A stretch of 64,000 bases of DNA from Nitrospirota bacterium (GCA_035623825.1 DASPSR010000042.1:11669-75668); one strand, 5' to 3'. Counted from the stretch's first letter, positions 1 through 10,797 are shown. Notes: generated by a model not told the origin, from the sequence alone. Numbers and translations are program-made.

Positions 1-396
1 GCGTGCGATCGTCTTCATGATCTTGTACATCATGTTCTTATCGCTGTGCTCAAATGCCTTGAAATCTTCCGTCGTGAGACGATAGACTTCGGTGGCATCG
101 ATTGCTGTTGCATCCGCGCCGTGGGTCTTTTTGTCCTCAATGACTGACAGCTCACCGAAGATCTGATTCTCCGACAGGATGGCCAGCGTCTGCTTCCAGC
201 CATCGGGAGTGGTCTTTGAAATTTCCACCCTCCCCTTCTTGAGGAGGTAGATGCCCTTGGTGGACTCGCCTTCTTTAAAGATCGGCTTTCCTTTGATATA
301 GCTTTCGACGGAGATCTTATTTGCGATCATACCGAGCTCGGCGTCGGTCAAGTCGCTGAAAAGAATCTGCTTCTTGAGTTCAGATTTGTCGGCCAT
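1..396 (-). CDS. Cyclic nucleotide-binding (cNMP/Crp-type) domain protein; C-terminal part runs off the window edge
   Basis: Hand translation of the reverse strand gives MADKSELKKQILFSDLTDAELGMIANKISVESYIKGKPIFKEGESTKGIYLLKKGRVEISKTTPDGWKQTLAILSENQIFGELSVIEDKK..., which carries the FGELS/GE motif of cNMP-binding beta-barrels. The ATG is at 394-396 with a GAGGAGGAAACG Shine-Dalgarno just upstream. It is absent from the ORF track because it is truncated by the window edge. Confidence 0.7.
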   Translation of the reverse strand, partial: MADKSELKKQILFSDLTDAELGMIANKISVESYIKGKPIFKEGESTKGIYLLKKGRVEISKTTPDGWKQTLAILSENQIFGELSVIEDKKTHGADATAIDATEVYRLTTEDFKAFEHSDKNMMYKIMKTIAR

Positions 397-530
397 CGTT
401 TCCTCCTCTTCGGGAATCTCAAAACATAACCCTACCGTTTCACAGAAGTCAGAGAACGCAGAGAGAAAGCCAATTTAAATTCCTAGCTCCGAGCTTCCTG
501 TGTGCTCTGCGGTTACCAGTTCCAAGAGAA

Positions 531-3203
531 TCATGCCTTTTCTATCCGTACCGCTGAGACCTTAAGCGATGGGATCTTTGCCACGGGGTCGAGCGAGCTG
601 TTGCTCGTGAGCGCATTGGCTGCCGCTTCCTTAAAATGAAAGGGGATGAACACCACGCCCTTCGCCGGTCGCTTCGTCACGACCGCCTTTACCGTGATGG
701 AGCCTCTGCGCGAGATCACTTTCACCTTCGCGCCGCTCTCGATCGCAATAGCCTGGGCATCTTCAGGGTTGATCTCGATATACGATTCCGGAGATATTTT
801 GTCGATCGGCTTCACCCTCCGCGTCATACTGCCGGTATGGTACTGGAACAGCTGCCTGCCGGTAGTGAGGATGTAGGGATATTCCTTATCTGTTTGCTCA
901 GCAGACGGTTTGTACATGACAGGGGTGAACTTACCCTTGCCGCGCGGGAACCCGCCCTTGAACAAGAACGGTGTGCCCGGGTGATCCGGCGTAGGGCATG
1001 GCCACTGGAGACCGCCGTCTTCAAGCCTGGCGTAGCTTATGCCGGCGAGTGCAGGCCAGACCTGCCCCATCTCGCGAAATATCTCGACAGTATGCGTATA
1101 GGACATCTCATAGCCCATCTTCTTGGAAAGCTCCATGATGATGAGCGAATCCTTCATGGCAGCTCCTGGAGAGTTCACTGCCCTTCTGACCCTCTGCACA
1201 CGCCGCTCGGTATTCGTGAACGTCCCGACCTTCTCGGCAAATGATGAACCCGGCAGGACCACATGCGCAAGCTCGGCCGTCTCTGTCATAAAGATATCCT
1301 GGACCACGAGTAAGTCGAGAGCCTTGAGCGCCTTAATCGTATGTGCCATGTTGGGGTCGGAAAGAACCGGATTCTCACCCATTATGTACATGGCCTTGAG
1401 CTTCCCCTTCTCAGCTGCCGCAAGCATCTCTGGAGCGGTTAGTCCCTCTTTGTCCGAAAGCTTTGCGTTCCAGAGCGCCTCGAACTTTTGCTTTATCGCC
1501 GGTATGTTTACCCGCTGATATCCGGGATACATGTTCGGGATGCAACCCATGTCCGTGGAGCCCTGGACGTTGTTCTGTCCACGCAAAGGGTTAACGCCGG
1601 CGCTCTCCTTGCCGAGGTTCCCGGTCATCAACGCAAGGTTAGCAATGGCAAAGACGTTCTCTGTGCCGTGGGCATGCTGAGTAATTCCCATCGTATAGTA
1701 AATGCCGGCCTTCTCCGATCCGGCGTAGAGGCGCGCCGCACGCACGATCGTTTCGGTGGGAACACCCGTGATTTTCGATGCGGCTTCGGGTGCGTACTCC
1801 TCGAGGTTTTTCTTGAACTCATCGTCAAAGCCCTCGGTCATGGACGAGACGAATTCTTCTTTGACGAGACCCTCTTTCACGATCACGTGCATCATTCCGT
1901 TCAGGAGCGCCACGTCCGTGCCTGGCTTATGCTGCATCCAAATGTCGGCGAACCTGACGAGCGGAACACGTCTCGGATCGGCGATGATGAGCTTCGCCCC
2001 TTTCCGCTTGGCCTTGATCATCCTGAGCGCGATGATTGGATGGTTCTCCTTTGTGTTCGAGCCGATGATAAACAGCAAATCGTTGTTCTCGATCTCCTGG
2101 ATCGAGTTCGTCATCGCCCCGGAACCAAACACTGTGGCCAGACCGGCCACCGTCGCGCTGTGTCAGAGGCGGGCGCAGTGATCTACATTGTTCGTGCCGA
2201 TTGCGGCACGGATGAATTTTTGGAAGAGATAGTTCTCCTCGTTGGTGCACCGGGCAGAGGACAGGCCGCTGATGGCATCAGGGCCATGCTTCTGCCTGAT
2301 GGCGCTGAACCGCTCGGTTATATATCCGAACGCCTCATCCCAGGATGCCTCGATAAACTTTCCGCCTTTCTTGATGAGAGGTGTCTTAAGCCGGTCCGGA
2401 CTGTTGATGAAATTATATCCGAACCGCCCCTTGACGCAGAGCCAGCCCTCGTTGATCGTATCCGGTCGAGAGGTGACTCGCACCACTTCGTTCCTGCTCA
2501 CGTGCAAGGTAAGGTTGCACCCGCACCCGCAATAGGGGCAGACGGTCTCGACTGCCTTGACGTCCTTTTGTCTGCCCTTGCCGAGCGACTGCTTGCTTAT
2601 GAGCGCTCCAGTAGGGCAGACGCTGACGCACTGGCCGCAAAACTCGCAGTCGAGATCTTTTTCGAAGGGCGGCGACACTTTAGCGCTGAATCCCCTCCCT
2701 GCGATATCGATTGCACCGAGCCCCTGAACCTCGTCGCACACGCGTACGCACTTGCCGCAGAGGATACACTTCTCCATGTCACGCTCGATGAAGGGGTTCA
2801 TGTCCTTCTTGGTGTACTGCCGTCGCTCTCCGTAGAAGCGGTTCGACCGGAGGTCGTAGAAGTAGGCCAGTTCCTGAAGCGTGCAATCGCCCGCACGCTC
2901 GCAGACCATGCAGTCGTTCGGATGGTCGGAGAGGAGGAGTTCAACAATGGTGCGGCGCTGGCGTTCTACCTGATCGCTCGATGTCTCCACATCCATTCCC
3001 TCAGAGACCGGCGTTGTGCACGCAGTCACCGGCCTGGGCATGCCTTTCACCTGGACCAGGCAGAGCCTGCACCCGCCGTACGGCTCGAGCCGCGCATCGT
3101 CGCAGAGCGTGGGGATATGTATGTCATTACGCCGTGCTGCATCGAGGACGGTTGTTTCATTTGGTACGGATATCCGTTTGCCGTTTATTGTCAGATTAAT
3201 CAT
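531..3203 (-). CDS. fdhA: NAD-dependent formate dehydrogenase catalytic (alpha) subunit, selenocysteine-containing; the in-frame TGA at 2163-2165 joins the two tracked ORFs 2163-3203 and 531-2150
   Basis: The N-terminal ORF has 2Fe-2S/4Fe-4S ferredoxin motifs (CDDARLEPYGGCRLC, CILCGKCVRVC, CEFCGQCVSVCP) and ends ...GTNNVDHCARL-TGA. The next ORF continues HSATVAGLATVFGSGAMTNSIQEIENNDLLF..., which aligns to the E. coli FdhF Sec region CARV-U-HGPSVAGL. The molybdopterin oxidoreductase body follows. Joined length is 890 aa. Confidence 0.85.
2134..2150 (-). other. SECIS-like hairpin 12 nt downstream of the UGA (mRNA GUGGCC-GGUCU-GGCCAC)
   Basis: Perfect 6-bp stem with a GGUCU apical loop, which matches the apical-loop motif of the E. 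coli fdhF SECIS as recalled. It begins 12 nt after the in-frame UGA in the fdhA mRNA. Confidence 0.6.
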
Positions 3204-3206
3204 ATG

Positions 3207-4985
3207 CTACCCTTTTTTTATCGCTTTGAACTTGCAGGTCTCGAAGCAGGCGCCGCACTTGATGCAGATGTCTTGGATGATCTTGTGCGGTTTTTTCTTC
3301 TCGCCGACAATAGCGCCAGCGGGGCAGACGCGCATGCAGGCAGTGCAACCCTTGCAGAACTCATCGAGGATGCTGTACGACAAGAGGTCTTTGCACACGC
3401 CCGCGGGACAGCGTTTCTCGTAGATATGCGCTTCATACTCATCACGGTAATACTTGATCGTGCTCAAAATAGGATTTGGCGCTGTCTGACCAAGGCCGCA
3501 GAGCGATGATGTTTTGACATCGCTGCTCAAGGTTTCGAGCAGGTCGATGTCCCCTTCCCTCCCTCGGCCTTCAGTGATGCGGGTCAGGATCTCGAGAAGG
3601 CGCTTGGTCCCGACCCTGCATGGCACGCATTTGCCGCAGGATTCGGATTTGGTGAACTCGAGAAAATACTTGGCAACGTTCACCATGCAGTCGGTCTCGT
3701 CGAGGACCACCATTCCGCCTGAGCCCATGATGGAGCCAACCTTGCCGAGCGATTCGTAATCAACCGGTGTGTCGACGATGCTCGCGGGGATACAGCCGCC
3801 GGACGGACCTCCGGTCTGGACCGCCTTAAGCCTCCTCCCGCCCTCGATTCCGCCGCCGATATCGTAAATGATCTCTTTAAGCGGGATTCCCATGGGCACT
3901 TCGATCAAGCCTGAATTCAGGATCTTGCCGGTAAGCGCAAAGACCTTGGTCCCCTTACTTTTCTCCGTGCCCATGCTTGCATACCACGCAGCGCCCTTCG
4001 TCATGATGTACGGCACGTTTGCGAGCGTCTCGACATTATTGATGATCGTGGGTTTGCCCCAGAGGCCTTTCTGGACCGGGAACGGCGGCTTGGCGCGCGG
4101 CTGTCCGCGCTTGCCTTCGATTGAGGCGATGAGCGCCGTCTCTTCCCCGCAAACGAATGCGCCTGCGCCAAGCTTGACCTTAATGTTGAAATCAAATCCT
4201 TTGCCGAGTATGTTCTTGCCGAGTAAACCTCGCTCCTTCGCCTGCCTGAGGGCGAGATGGAGCCGGTCAACCGCTAGCGGATACTCTGCCCTAATGTAAA
4301 CGTATCCATAGGGTGCACCGATCGCATAAGCACCGATGATCATGCCCTCGATCACGGCATGTGGGTTTCCTTCTACCACCGAACGGTCCATGAACGCGCC
4401 AGGATCTCCCTCGTCGGCGTTGCAGATGAGGTACTTGACGGGGCCAGGGGCCTTGATCGCCATATCCCATTTCACTCCAGTTGGGAAGCCGGCGCCTCCG
4501 CGGCCGCGAAGGCCCGATGCCTTGATGACCTCTATCGTCTCTTGGGGGGTCATGGTCGTGAGGACCTTCTTCGTCGCCTCGTATCCTCCACGGCTGATGT
4601 AGGAATCGATGTCTTCGGGGTCCACCTCGCCGCAGTCTGAGAGCACCACCTTGACCTGTTTGTCGTGAAAGGTGTGGTAATCGTCTTTCACGAGCCAGTC
4701 GCTCACGGGCGCGCCTTCTAAAATGTGCTCGGTCACGATCCGCTCGACCATGTCAGGTTTGATGTACTGATACGTTGATTTGTCTCCATTGATGATCACA
4801 TCGACGAGAACGTCGCGAGCGCAGAAGCCGCGACAGCCGACCTTATGCACCGAGCAATTTTTCTCTACCGACGCCTTAATACCGGCGGCCGCAAGCGTCT
4901 TCTCGAAGGAGGACATCACCTGCACGCCTCCGGCGGCGATTCCCCCCGTGCCCATGCACACTTTAATCGAGATATCTTTATTCAT
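3207..4985 (-). CDS. Formate dehydrogenase beta subunit / NADH dehydrogenase 51-kDa (NuoF-like) flavoprotein with N-terminal thioredoxin-like and C-terminal ferredoxin domains
   Basis: NuoF signature GRGGAGFPTG, an SLBB fold region, CGKCVPC, and two C-terminal CxxCxxCxxxCP motifs. ATG at 4983-4985 preceded by GGAG; the tracked start at 5006 is a TTG. Confidence 0.85.
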   Translation of the reverse strand: MNKDISIKVCMGTGGIAAGGVQVMSSFEKTLAAAGIKASVEKNCSVHKVGCRGFCARDVLVDVIINGDKSTYQYIKPDMVERIVTEHILEGAPVSDWLVKDDYHTFHDKQVKVVLSDCGEVDPEDIDSYISRGGYEATKKVLTTMTPQETIEVIKASGLRGRGGAGFPTGVKWDMAIKAPGPVKYLICNADEGDPGAFMDRSVVEGNPHAVIEGMIIGAYAIGAPYGYVYIRAEYPLAVDRLHLALRQAKERGLLGKNILGKGFDFNIKVKLGAGAFVCGEETALIASIEGKRGQPRAKPPFPVQKGLWGKPTIINNVETLANVPYIMTKGAAWYASMGTEKSKGTKVFALTGKILNSGLIEVPMGIPLKEIIYDIGGGIEGGRRLKAVQTGGPSGGCIPASIVDTPVDYESLGKVGSIMGSGGMVVLDETDCMVNVAKYFLEFTKSESCGKCVPCRVGTKRLLEILTRITEGRGREGDIDLLETLSSDVKTSSLCGLGQTAPNPILSTIKYYRDEYEAHIYEKRCPAGVCKDLLSYSILDEFCKGCTACMRVCPAGAIVGEKKKPHKIIQDICIKCGACFETCKFKAIKKG

Positions 4986-5071
4986 GACTACTCCAGACGA
5001 AACCAAGCCCCACGCCCAGCATTTTCATATGACACCATACACCGCTCATGCCATGAATTCTCAGCTTTTCC

Positions 5072-5554
5072 TTAAATATAGTCAGTGTACTCCCGCTTCC
5101 CTTCCTTGAGTGTCTTGATCTCCTTCATGAGCTTGTCCGGCGTCATCTTGCCGTTGACGGTTTTATTAATGATGATGACCGGAGCTATGCTGCAAGCCCC
5201 CACGCAATTGACTTTTTCAACGGTAAACTTAAGGTCTTCTGAGGTATCGTCGCCCTGCGCGATACCGAGCTCTTTCACAAGACTGTTTATCAGCCGCTCT
5301 GAGCCCTTGACGTGGCAGGCGGTACCGCAGCATGCGGTGATTACGTTCTTGCCCCTGGGTCTGAGATGAAACTGGGCGTAAAACGTCGCAATACCGTAAA
5401 ACTTGGCTGGCGGAACATCGAGCCGTTCCGAGAACCAGTAGATCGCGTCCTCGCGGAGAAAACCGAATTCGTTCTCGATGTCCTGCAGGATTGAGATCAA
5501 GTTTCCTTCGTTTTCCTGGTACCGCGCAAGTATGCCTTCGAGTTTTTCTTCCAT
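5072..5554 (-). CDS. NuoE-like 24-kDa 2Fe-2S thioredoxin-like subunit of the formate dehydrogenase/diaphorase module
   Basis: MEEKLEGILARYQENEGNLISILQDIENEFGFL... with Cys motifs CCGTACHVKG and CVGACSIAP. ATG at 5552-5554 with a GAGGAAGGGA Shine-Dalgarno. The tracked upstream extension to 5797 has no domain and was rejected. Confidence 0.8.
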   Translation of the reverse strand: MEEKLEGILARYQENEGNLISILQDIENEFGFLREDAIYWFSERLDVPPAKFYGIATFYAQFHLRPRGKNVITACCGTACHVKGSERLINSLVKELGIAQGDDTSEDLKFTVEKVNCVGACSIAPVIIINKTVNGKMTPDKLMKEIKTLKEGKREYTDYI

Positions 5555-5839
5555 CGTCCCTTCCTCTTGAGATAAAAAAGGCCGCCTAATTTTTCCCGGC
5601 AGCCCAGTCTTGAAAATGTCCCCGTCGTGAGTCTGGTGTGTGCCCGTTTGGCACGCTCTCGGCCGCGACAATTCAGCGGCATGTAGCTCTGCCGCCACTT
5701 TCAATTGCTTCCACACATTGGAAAAGACCGCTATTCCCCAGTGAAGAATACTGGTCTTTTCTTGATCGTGAGACCACTCATGGAGCCTGCCCCGCATTGC
5801 AAGGCTCAGGATGAACGAGAAATACCGTCTTCCAGCCTA

Positions 5840-8041
5840 TCAGAACATCGGGTCCATGGTGAGCGCCGGATGCCCCTTCTCGGTCAGGAAGGCCAGCAGT
5901 TTCTCGGAGTCCTCCGCCACGGATTCGTCCGCAATCTTGTCCAAGAGATCCGGGACGCCCTCTTCCTCGGCACGTTTCTTGAAGGCCTCGGCGAACGATT
6001 CCTTCAGGTTCTTGGTCATCCAGACGATGCGCTTGAACCCACCGTCAGCAGAGAGAAACTTCTTGCTCGTGAGGAAGAACCTGCCGATACCCATGAAGCC
6101 GGGCGTCTGAGCGCCGCCGCCCACAGTGCCTGCCAGGGTGGAGAACTTCATGCCGATGGGCGTCATGCCGGTATAGCCGCGGTTCACAACCATTACGCCA
6201 TTGGCCTCGGGCACGATGGCGACAATGCACTCAAAGCACCCGCAAGAGGTCATCGGTGCGTCCATGATGGTGTAGGCGTTGAAATACTCGAGTGCCTGGT
6301 GCGAGTTAGTGTATACGTATTCGTCCACGCCCTTCCATCTGCCCTTCAGTGCATCGAGGACTTCTCCCTTGGCGACGGGCTGGTTTGCGCCGTTGGGATC
6401 GATCTCGAATGCCGCCTTCGCATCAAGCCAGTTGTAGGCCCCACAGAGACCCAGACGTTCAGGTGACACCACGCACACGTGGTTCGGCGCAAAACTCTGG
6501 CAGAGAATGCAGGAGTAGAATATGTCCACGGACTCGTCCGTCATCGTAGCAAGGCGTACGTCGCGTTCGAGATATGCCTTCCGCGCTTCTTCAAGCTTTG
6601 CTTTTACATCGGAGTCATCAACGTAGAAGGTCACCTGAGCCTTATCGACGATGTTCGCAAACTTGTGCTTCATCTGCGTCGTCAGAATATCTCCAAAATG
6701 CTTGAGCACGAAACCTTCCTTCATGGCGTTGATGCTCACCCTGAGCCAGTTCTGATCGCGCTGTCCCATATGCCAGATGCCCTGCGCTTCATTGATAAAG
6801 TGGTGGATCTTGCGCTCGAGCACTGGCTCGAAGTCCTTTTGCATCTTGCGGCCCGCCACCTCGACCATGATTCCGAGCGGCATCTGGCCGCCCTTCTGAT
6901 ACCGACCGTCGGCATCGGTACCAACGATCATGACCTTGCCGTCCTCCACCTTGTCGAGATCGACAGTATGGAGCCATTCAAACGCGGGCGTACGCTGGCC
7001 GCCGAACTCAATGTGCATATCTTCTTTGCGGATACGCTCGCCTTCGAATGCCGGACCATAGGCAACGGGAATCGGCGGCTTTGAGACCGTGATCTTGAGG
7101 CCGCGCACCTCGATGCATTTCTCCACGAGCTTCTTGGGGTCGAGTTCCTTGGCCACTTCTTCATAGATAGTGACGCCCGTGGGATGGATGGTCGGTATAT
7201 CCGTGTTCGCGATAGCGGGGAAACCCATATTGATAGCGCCTGCTCCTGTGGTCCAGATGCGATCGTTCAAGGGACCTAGAACCATGGCGAAGGCGAACAC
7301 CTTGTCCTTGGAATATTTCAGGATCTTCCTGAAGTCCCCGCCCTTCATGCCGCCGAATGTGATTCCTGCGCGGGCCGCCCAGTCAAGCGCATAAATGGCG
7401 TGCTCGACCTCGGGTCCGAGCGGGACGAGGCGGGTGTCCCAGCCGAGTTGCACACCCTTCCGGAGGAGTTGCTTGGTCATGCTCTCGCCGTTCACGTTAC
7501 CGCACAGGAAAGTGAGGATATTTTTCTGCTGGAGGTCCCTGGCGATCTCAAAAGCCTGGTCATCACTATCAGCAGCGCCAATGATGCAGACGTAACCCGG
7601 CATGGATCCGTCCACGAGCTGAACTCCCAGGTTCCGGAGTATGGTATCAGATATGAATCCATTGTAGGTAAGTCCGATAGAGTCGTCCCTTACCGGTTCC
7701 TGCCCATAGATGTACCGGATCGCCATGATGATCTCCTGGGCGAAGAGGGCTGCCATGCCGGCGTCGAGCGCCTCGCCCAGATAGGGCTTGTACAGTTTGT
7801 CTTCCGGCGCATTCGTGAGGAGCGGCTTCACGTGCTGTTCAAGCGCTGTCTTCATGTCGCCTACGGTTCGCACCTCGTACCCCGTCATGGAAAAGATTTG
7901 GGGGAGGAAATATCCGGTATCCGGAAACTCGAACTTGAAGTCCGGGCCTTTCTCGGAGATGGCCTTCTCGACGAGGGCCTCCGCCTGCTTGACGTAGTAG
8001 TGGGAGCCCAGAATGGCCCCGGTTGCAATCACTTTTGACAT
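5840..8041 (-). CDS. acsB: CO dehydrogenase/acetyl-CoA synthase complex, acetyl-CoA synthase subunit (AcsB/CdhC type)
   Basis: 733 aa, matching M. thermoacetica AcsB at 729 aa. A-cluster region ...SCGCFECIVAIVPEANG... Shine-Dalgarno AAAGGAG is upstream of the ATG at 8041. Confidence 0.85.
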   Translation of the reverse strand: MSKVIATGAILGSHYYVKQAEALVEKAISEKGPDFKFEFPDTGYFLPQIFSMTGYEVRTVGDMKTALEQHVKPLLTNAPEDKLYKPYLGEALDAGMAALFAQEIIMAIRYIYGQEPVRDDSIGLTYNGFISDTILRNLGVQLVDGSMPGYVCIIGAADSDDQAFEIARDLQQKNILTFLCGNVNGESMTKQLLRKGVQLGWDTRLVPLGPEVEHAIYALDWAARAGITFGGMKGGDFRKILKYSKDKVFAFAMVLGPLNDRIWTTGAGAINMGFPAIANTDIPTIHPTGVTIYEEVAKELDPKKLVEKCIEVRGLKITVSKPPIPVAYGPAFEGERIRKEDMHIEFGGQRTPAFEWLHTVDLDKVEDGKVMIVGTDADGRYQKGGQMPLGIMVEVAGRKMQKDFEPVLERKIHHFINEAQGIWHMGQRDQNWLRVSINAMKEGFVLKHFGDILTTQMKHKFANIVDKAQVTFYVDDSDVKAKLEEARKAYLERDVRLATMTDESVDIFYSCILCQSFAPNHVCVVSPERLGLCGAYNWLDAKAAFEIDPNGANQPVAKGEVLDALKGRWKGVDEYVYTNSHQALEYFNAYTIMDAPMTSCGCFECIVAIVPEANGVMVVNRGYTGMTPIGMKFSTLAGTVGGGAQTPGFMGIGRFFLTSKKFLSADGGFKRIVWMTKNLKESFAEAFKKRAEEEGVPDLLDKIADESVAEDSEKLLAFLTEKGHPALTMDPMF

Positions 8042-8198
8042 CGCTAGCTCCTTTAATAAGTATCTTTACGCAGAGGCTGCAGGAAATCATGATGATCAGT
8101 GCTAAGGGAAATCCTGCAATCTCCCGTTCTGTGGTTTCTGCCCCCGATGCGGGCTTTATTTTTTCTCCGCGTCTTTTTTGGTAAATCTCCTCATTAAA

Positions 8199-9539
8199 TT
8201 ACGCCCGACCCTTAAGGAAGGTCGGGAGCTGGTTTGCTTCACGCGGACCGACGGTGATCTTCCAGCCCGGCATCTTTTCTTCAAGAGAGCCGGATAGGAC
8301 GGCCACATAACCGGGAATAATGAGCTCTTTGTGGCTCACGTTCTTCTCTACGCCGCTTTCGGCGATAAACTGTGCGATTTTACTTGCCGTGAACTTCCCG
8401 GCCGCCCAAGCCGTAAGCACCGACAGCCCTTCGTTGTCCATGACCGCTAACCACGACGGGACCTTGCTGTTCTCTACTTCGCCTCGGACGATGAAATAGG
8501 ACAGCGAGAAGTTGGTCGTTATCATGAGGGGCGAATTCTCTTTAGCGTCGCCGACCTTGTAGATGTTCTGGGCGACCTGCATCGGCACCTGCGGGTCGGT
8601 GTAGATATTTTGCCGGAGAGACAGAAGCGCCAGCATCTTCCATTTCTCGACATTGTTCACGATGATGATGGAGGCGTACTTCATTGTACCGATGGCCGCA
8701 GCGATGGTCTCGGAAATGGAATTATCGCGGGTTGCAAATGAAATAACTGGATATCCCAGAGGCTTGAAGTTCTTTTTGATGGCAGCCCGCCGGATGATCG
8801 TGAAGTGCTCGATCATGTCCTTAGCCGTGCGCGCGCCGGAGTCAAGCACCAGGTCGTCTATACCGAGACCCTTGACCCTTTCGGCAAGGGCGGTGAGAGC
8901 GTCAAGCCCTTCTGCTGCCACAGCAAGAGACGCCTTTTTCTCTTTCGCGATTTTTGCCATGGCATCGGCGTTCTCTGCCGTCGCCGCGTAGATCAGGGGC
9001 TTTTTGTCCGCGCAGTGCGCGATGCCCGCCTCGATGGTGGCAGGAGCCTTACTAACAAGGATCAGGGGAACGCCCGGCGCTCCATCCACGACCTGCTTAA
9101 CGACTGAGGAAAACTTCGCTGCATCGCCTCCTTCGTCGGTCACTGCGATGGCGTCGACACGTAGCTTCTGGCCTACACGGTCGATCTCGGAGGTCTTGAC
9201 AGCTGCGATCTTGTTGGCTGCGGCGTCACCGGCCTCGGACGCCTTGATTGCAACAGCGAATATGTTGGGGTTGAAGAATTTCTTTTCGTGGCGGAACATG
9301 CAGATCTCATCGCCTACCTTCACGGCCTTGTCGCCCGACCCGATTGTGATTCCGCGGATCGGCGGTGCCGCGGCCTCGCCGAGGAGTTTCTTCGCGTCCT
9401 CGGATGCATCCGGGCAGGAATCGAGACTCGCCTGCTTGGCCGCGAGTTTCATGGCAAAGGCAAGGCACGTTGGGTGACCGCACTTCTTGCAGTTGGTCTT
9501 CGGGAGATACTTGAATATTTCAACACCAGAGAGTGCCAT
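8199..9539 (-). CDS. acsC: Corrinoid iron-sulfur protein, large subunit (AcsC/CdhE)
   Basis: 446 aa. N-terminal 4Fe-4S motif CKKCGHPTCLAFAMKL, followed by a TIM-barrel and a corrinoid-binding region. Confidence 0.85.
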   Translation of the reverse strand: MALSGVEIFKYLPKTNCKKCGHPTCLAFAMKLAAKQASLDSCPDASEDAKKLLGEAAAPPIRGITIGSGDKAVKVGDEICMFRHEKKFFNPNIFAVAIKASEAGDAAANKIAAVKTSEIDRVGQKLRVDAIAVTDEGGDAAKFSSVVKQVVDGAPGVPLILVSKAPATIEAGIAHCADKKPLIYAATAENADAMAKIAKEKKASLAVAAEGLDALTALAERVKGLGIDDLVLDSGARTAKDMIEHFTIIRRAAIKKNFKPLGYPVISFATRDNSISETIAAAIGTMKYASIIIVNNVEKWKMLALLSLRQNIYTDPQVPMQVAQNIYKVGDAKENSPLMITTNFSLSYFIVRGEVENSKVPSWLAVMDNEGLSVLTAWAAGKFTASKIAQFIAESGVEKNVSHKELIIPGYVAVLSGSLEEKMPGWKITVGPREANQLPTFLKGRA

Positions 9540-9665
9540 TCTTTGTGCTCCTTTCGGAAGATCGAATCACATTTATCGTCTATCGTCGGGCACGCAAATA
9601 GCCTTGGGCATTTCCCAGAGCATCTTGCGGCCCCCGCTGCGTCCTTCTGCGGTGAATGAAGCTTG

Positions 9666-10607
9666 TTAACCTGCCAGCTCGGCGATGAACTCCTTCGCCT
9701 TTGCCGCAGCCCCGGGATGGCGCATGATCAGCAGGTCAGCGCCGGCCGTCAGCATTGCCCCGGCAGTCACCGCCTCCCATGCCAAGGCACGATCCTCAAG
9801 GCTGCCCCACTCCGGCATTTCTGCATCAGGCGCGATGGTTTCCTTGACCTTCCAGACGTTCGCGCCGATATCGCAGACTATCGGGGTCTGCATCATGGGA
9901 TCGTTCTGAAGAAGGGCTGCCAAGCGGATGCGCTCCATGACACTGTAGGTATATTCGAGGCCATATCCCAGAGCAGACGACATGGGGTCCATAATGATGC
10001 GTTCTTTGTCGAAGCCCATCTGGGTCAGCAGGATGTTGAGCTGTTTTGCCAGGTTCACATCAAGCTGGCTCATGGCAATTAGCTTGTGGTCGTTTGCCAT
10101 AGCTGCTGCCGCGATGGTTTTATAGTTCTCTTCCAAGGCCTTGCCAATTGCGCAATTCTTGCCTCGCGTTGCCGCTGCCGCGGCCTGGAGCACCTGGGTG
10201 TCCTTTTCCACGTGTCCGCTGCCGAGGATTACAAGCGGGATGTCAATGGCCGCCGCGACTTCAGCTGCAACCTTAGCCGCCTCTTCGGGGCTCTTGTTCT
10301 TCTGGTCCGGGTGCGTGCCTACCAACCGGAGCGCTACCGCGTCGGCGCCGCTCTGCTGGCAATACTTGGCCCACTGCACCGGGCTTGCCGAAGCACCGCT
10401 AAGCGCTTTCTTCAAAGTCTCAGGCCAGTCATCGGGAGTGATGTCCATAACCTCGAGCGCTATGGCTGGCTTATTCGGGAATGTACCCTCGAACCCCAGG
10501 AAGGGAAGGGCTGAAGCGCCACCGATAGTCACGGCCTTTGCGCCGGTGCCTATCTGTACGTTGAAAATCTTGCCGCTATAGGTCTCCTTAGGTATTACGA
10601 GCGCCAT
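9666..10607 (-). CDS. acsD: Corrinoid iron-sulfur protein, small subunit (AcsD/CdhD)
   Basis: 313 aa of pterin-binding-like TIM-barrel sequence, placed between acsC and acsE. Confidence 0.8.
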   Translation of the reverse strand: MALVIPKETYSGKIFNVQIGTGAKAVTIGGASALPFLGFEGTFPNKPAIALEVMDITPDDWPETLKKALSGASASPVQWAKYCQQSGADAVALRLVGTHPDQKNKSPEEAAKVAAEVAAAIDIPLVILGSGHVEKDTQVLQAAAAATRGKNCAIGKALEENYKTIAAAAMANDHKLIAMSQLDVNLAKQLNILLTQMGFDKERIIMDPMSSALGYGLEYTYSVMERIRLAALLQNDPMMQTPIVCDIGANVWKVKETIAPDAEMPEWGSLEDRALAWEAVTAGAMLTAGADLLIMRHPGAAAKAKEFIAELAG

Positions 10608-10797
10608 GAAAACCTCCTCAAAAAGTAGTGCACATAGTAACAGATTTCCCTGTTCAGAACAAGAGCTAAATGGTGCTGATTAACATTAAACCATGAAAGA
10701 ATATCCGGGCTCAAAAAGTTCAAAATTAACAAGGAAAAAGGTCTCGGTTGTCGATTTGGCTTCGCTTGTTATTTTTGCTTAAAATGAGTGCTTCCCT

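Noticed and set aside
531-3203. fdhA as a disrupted gene or pseudogene (two ORFs split by a stop)
   Set aside because: The stop is a TGA aligned to the conserved Sec position of formate dehydrogenases, followed by a SECIS-like hairpin. It is a selenoprotein, not a pseudogene.
1488-3509. 673-aa plus-strand ORF, plus similar long plus-strand ORFs at 5705-6466, 10816-11595, 17405-18814, 18036-19016, 27041-27604, 32209-32889, 42357-43187 and 52417-53847
   Set aside because: All lie antisense to minus-strand genes that have clear family signatures. Their translations are low-complexity and rich in Arg, Ala and Ser, as expected for spurious ORFs in high-GC DNA. No motifs were recognised.
5555-5797. 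N-terminal 81-codon extension of the NuoE-like ORF in the track
   Set aside because: It carries no domain. A good Shine-Dalgarno plus ATG sits at 5554, where the conserved NuoE N-terminus begins.
8130-8175. Plus-strand hairpin GCCC...GGGC followed by TTTATTTTTT in the acsB-acsC spacer
   Set aside because: Its orientation would terminate plus-strand transcription, but the operon is on the minus strand. It is more likely an incidental structure, so I did not call it a terminator.
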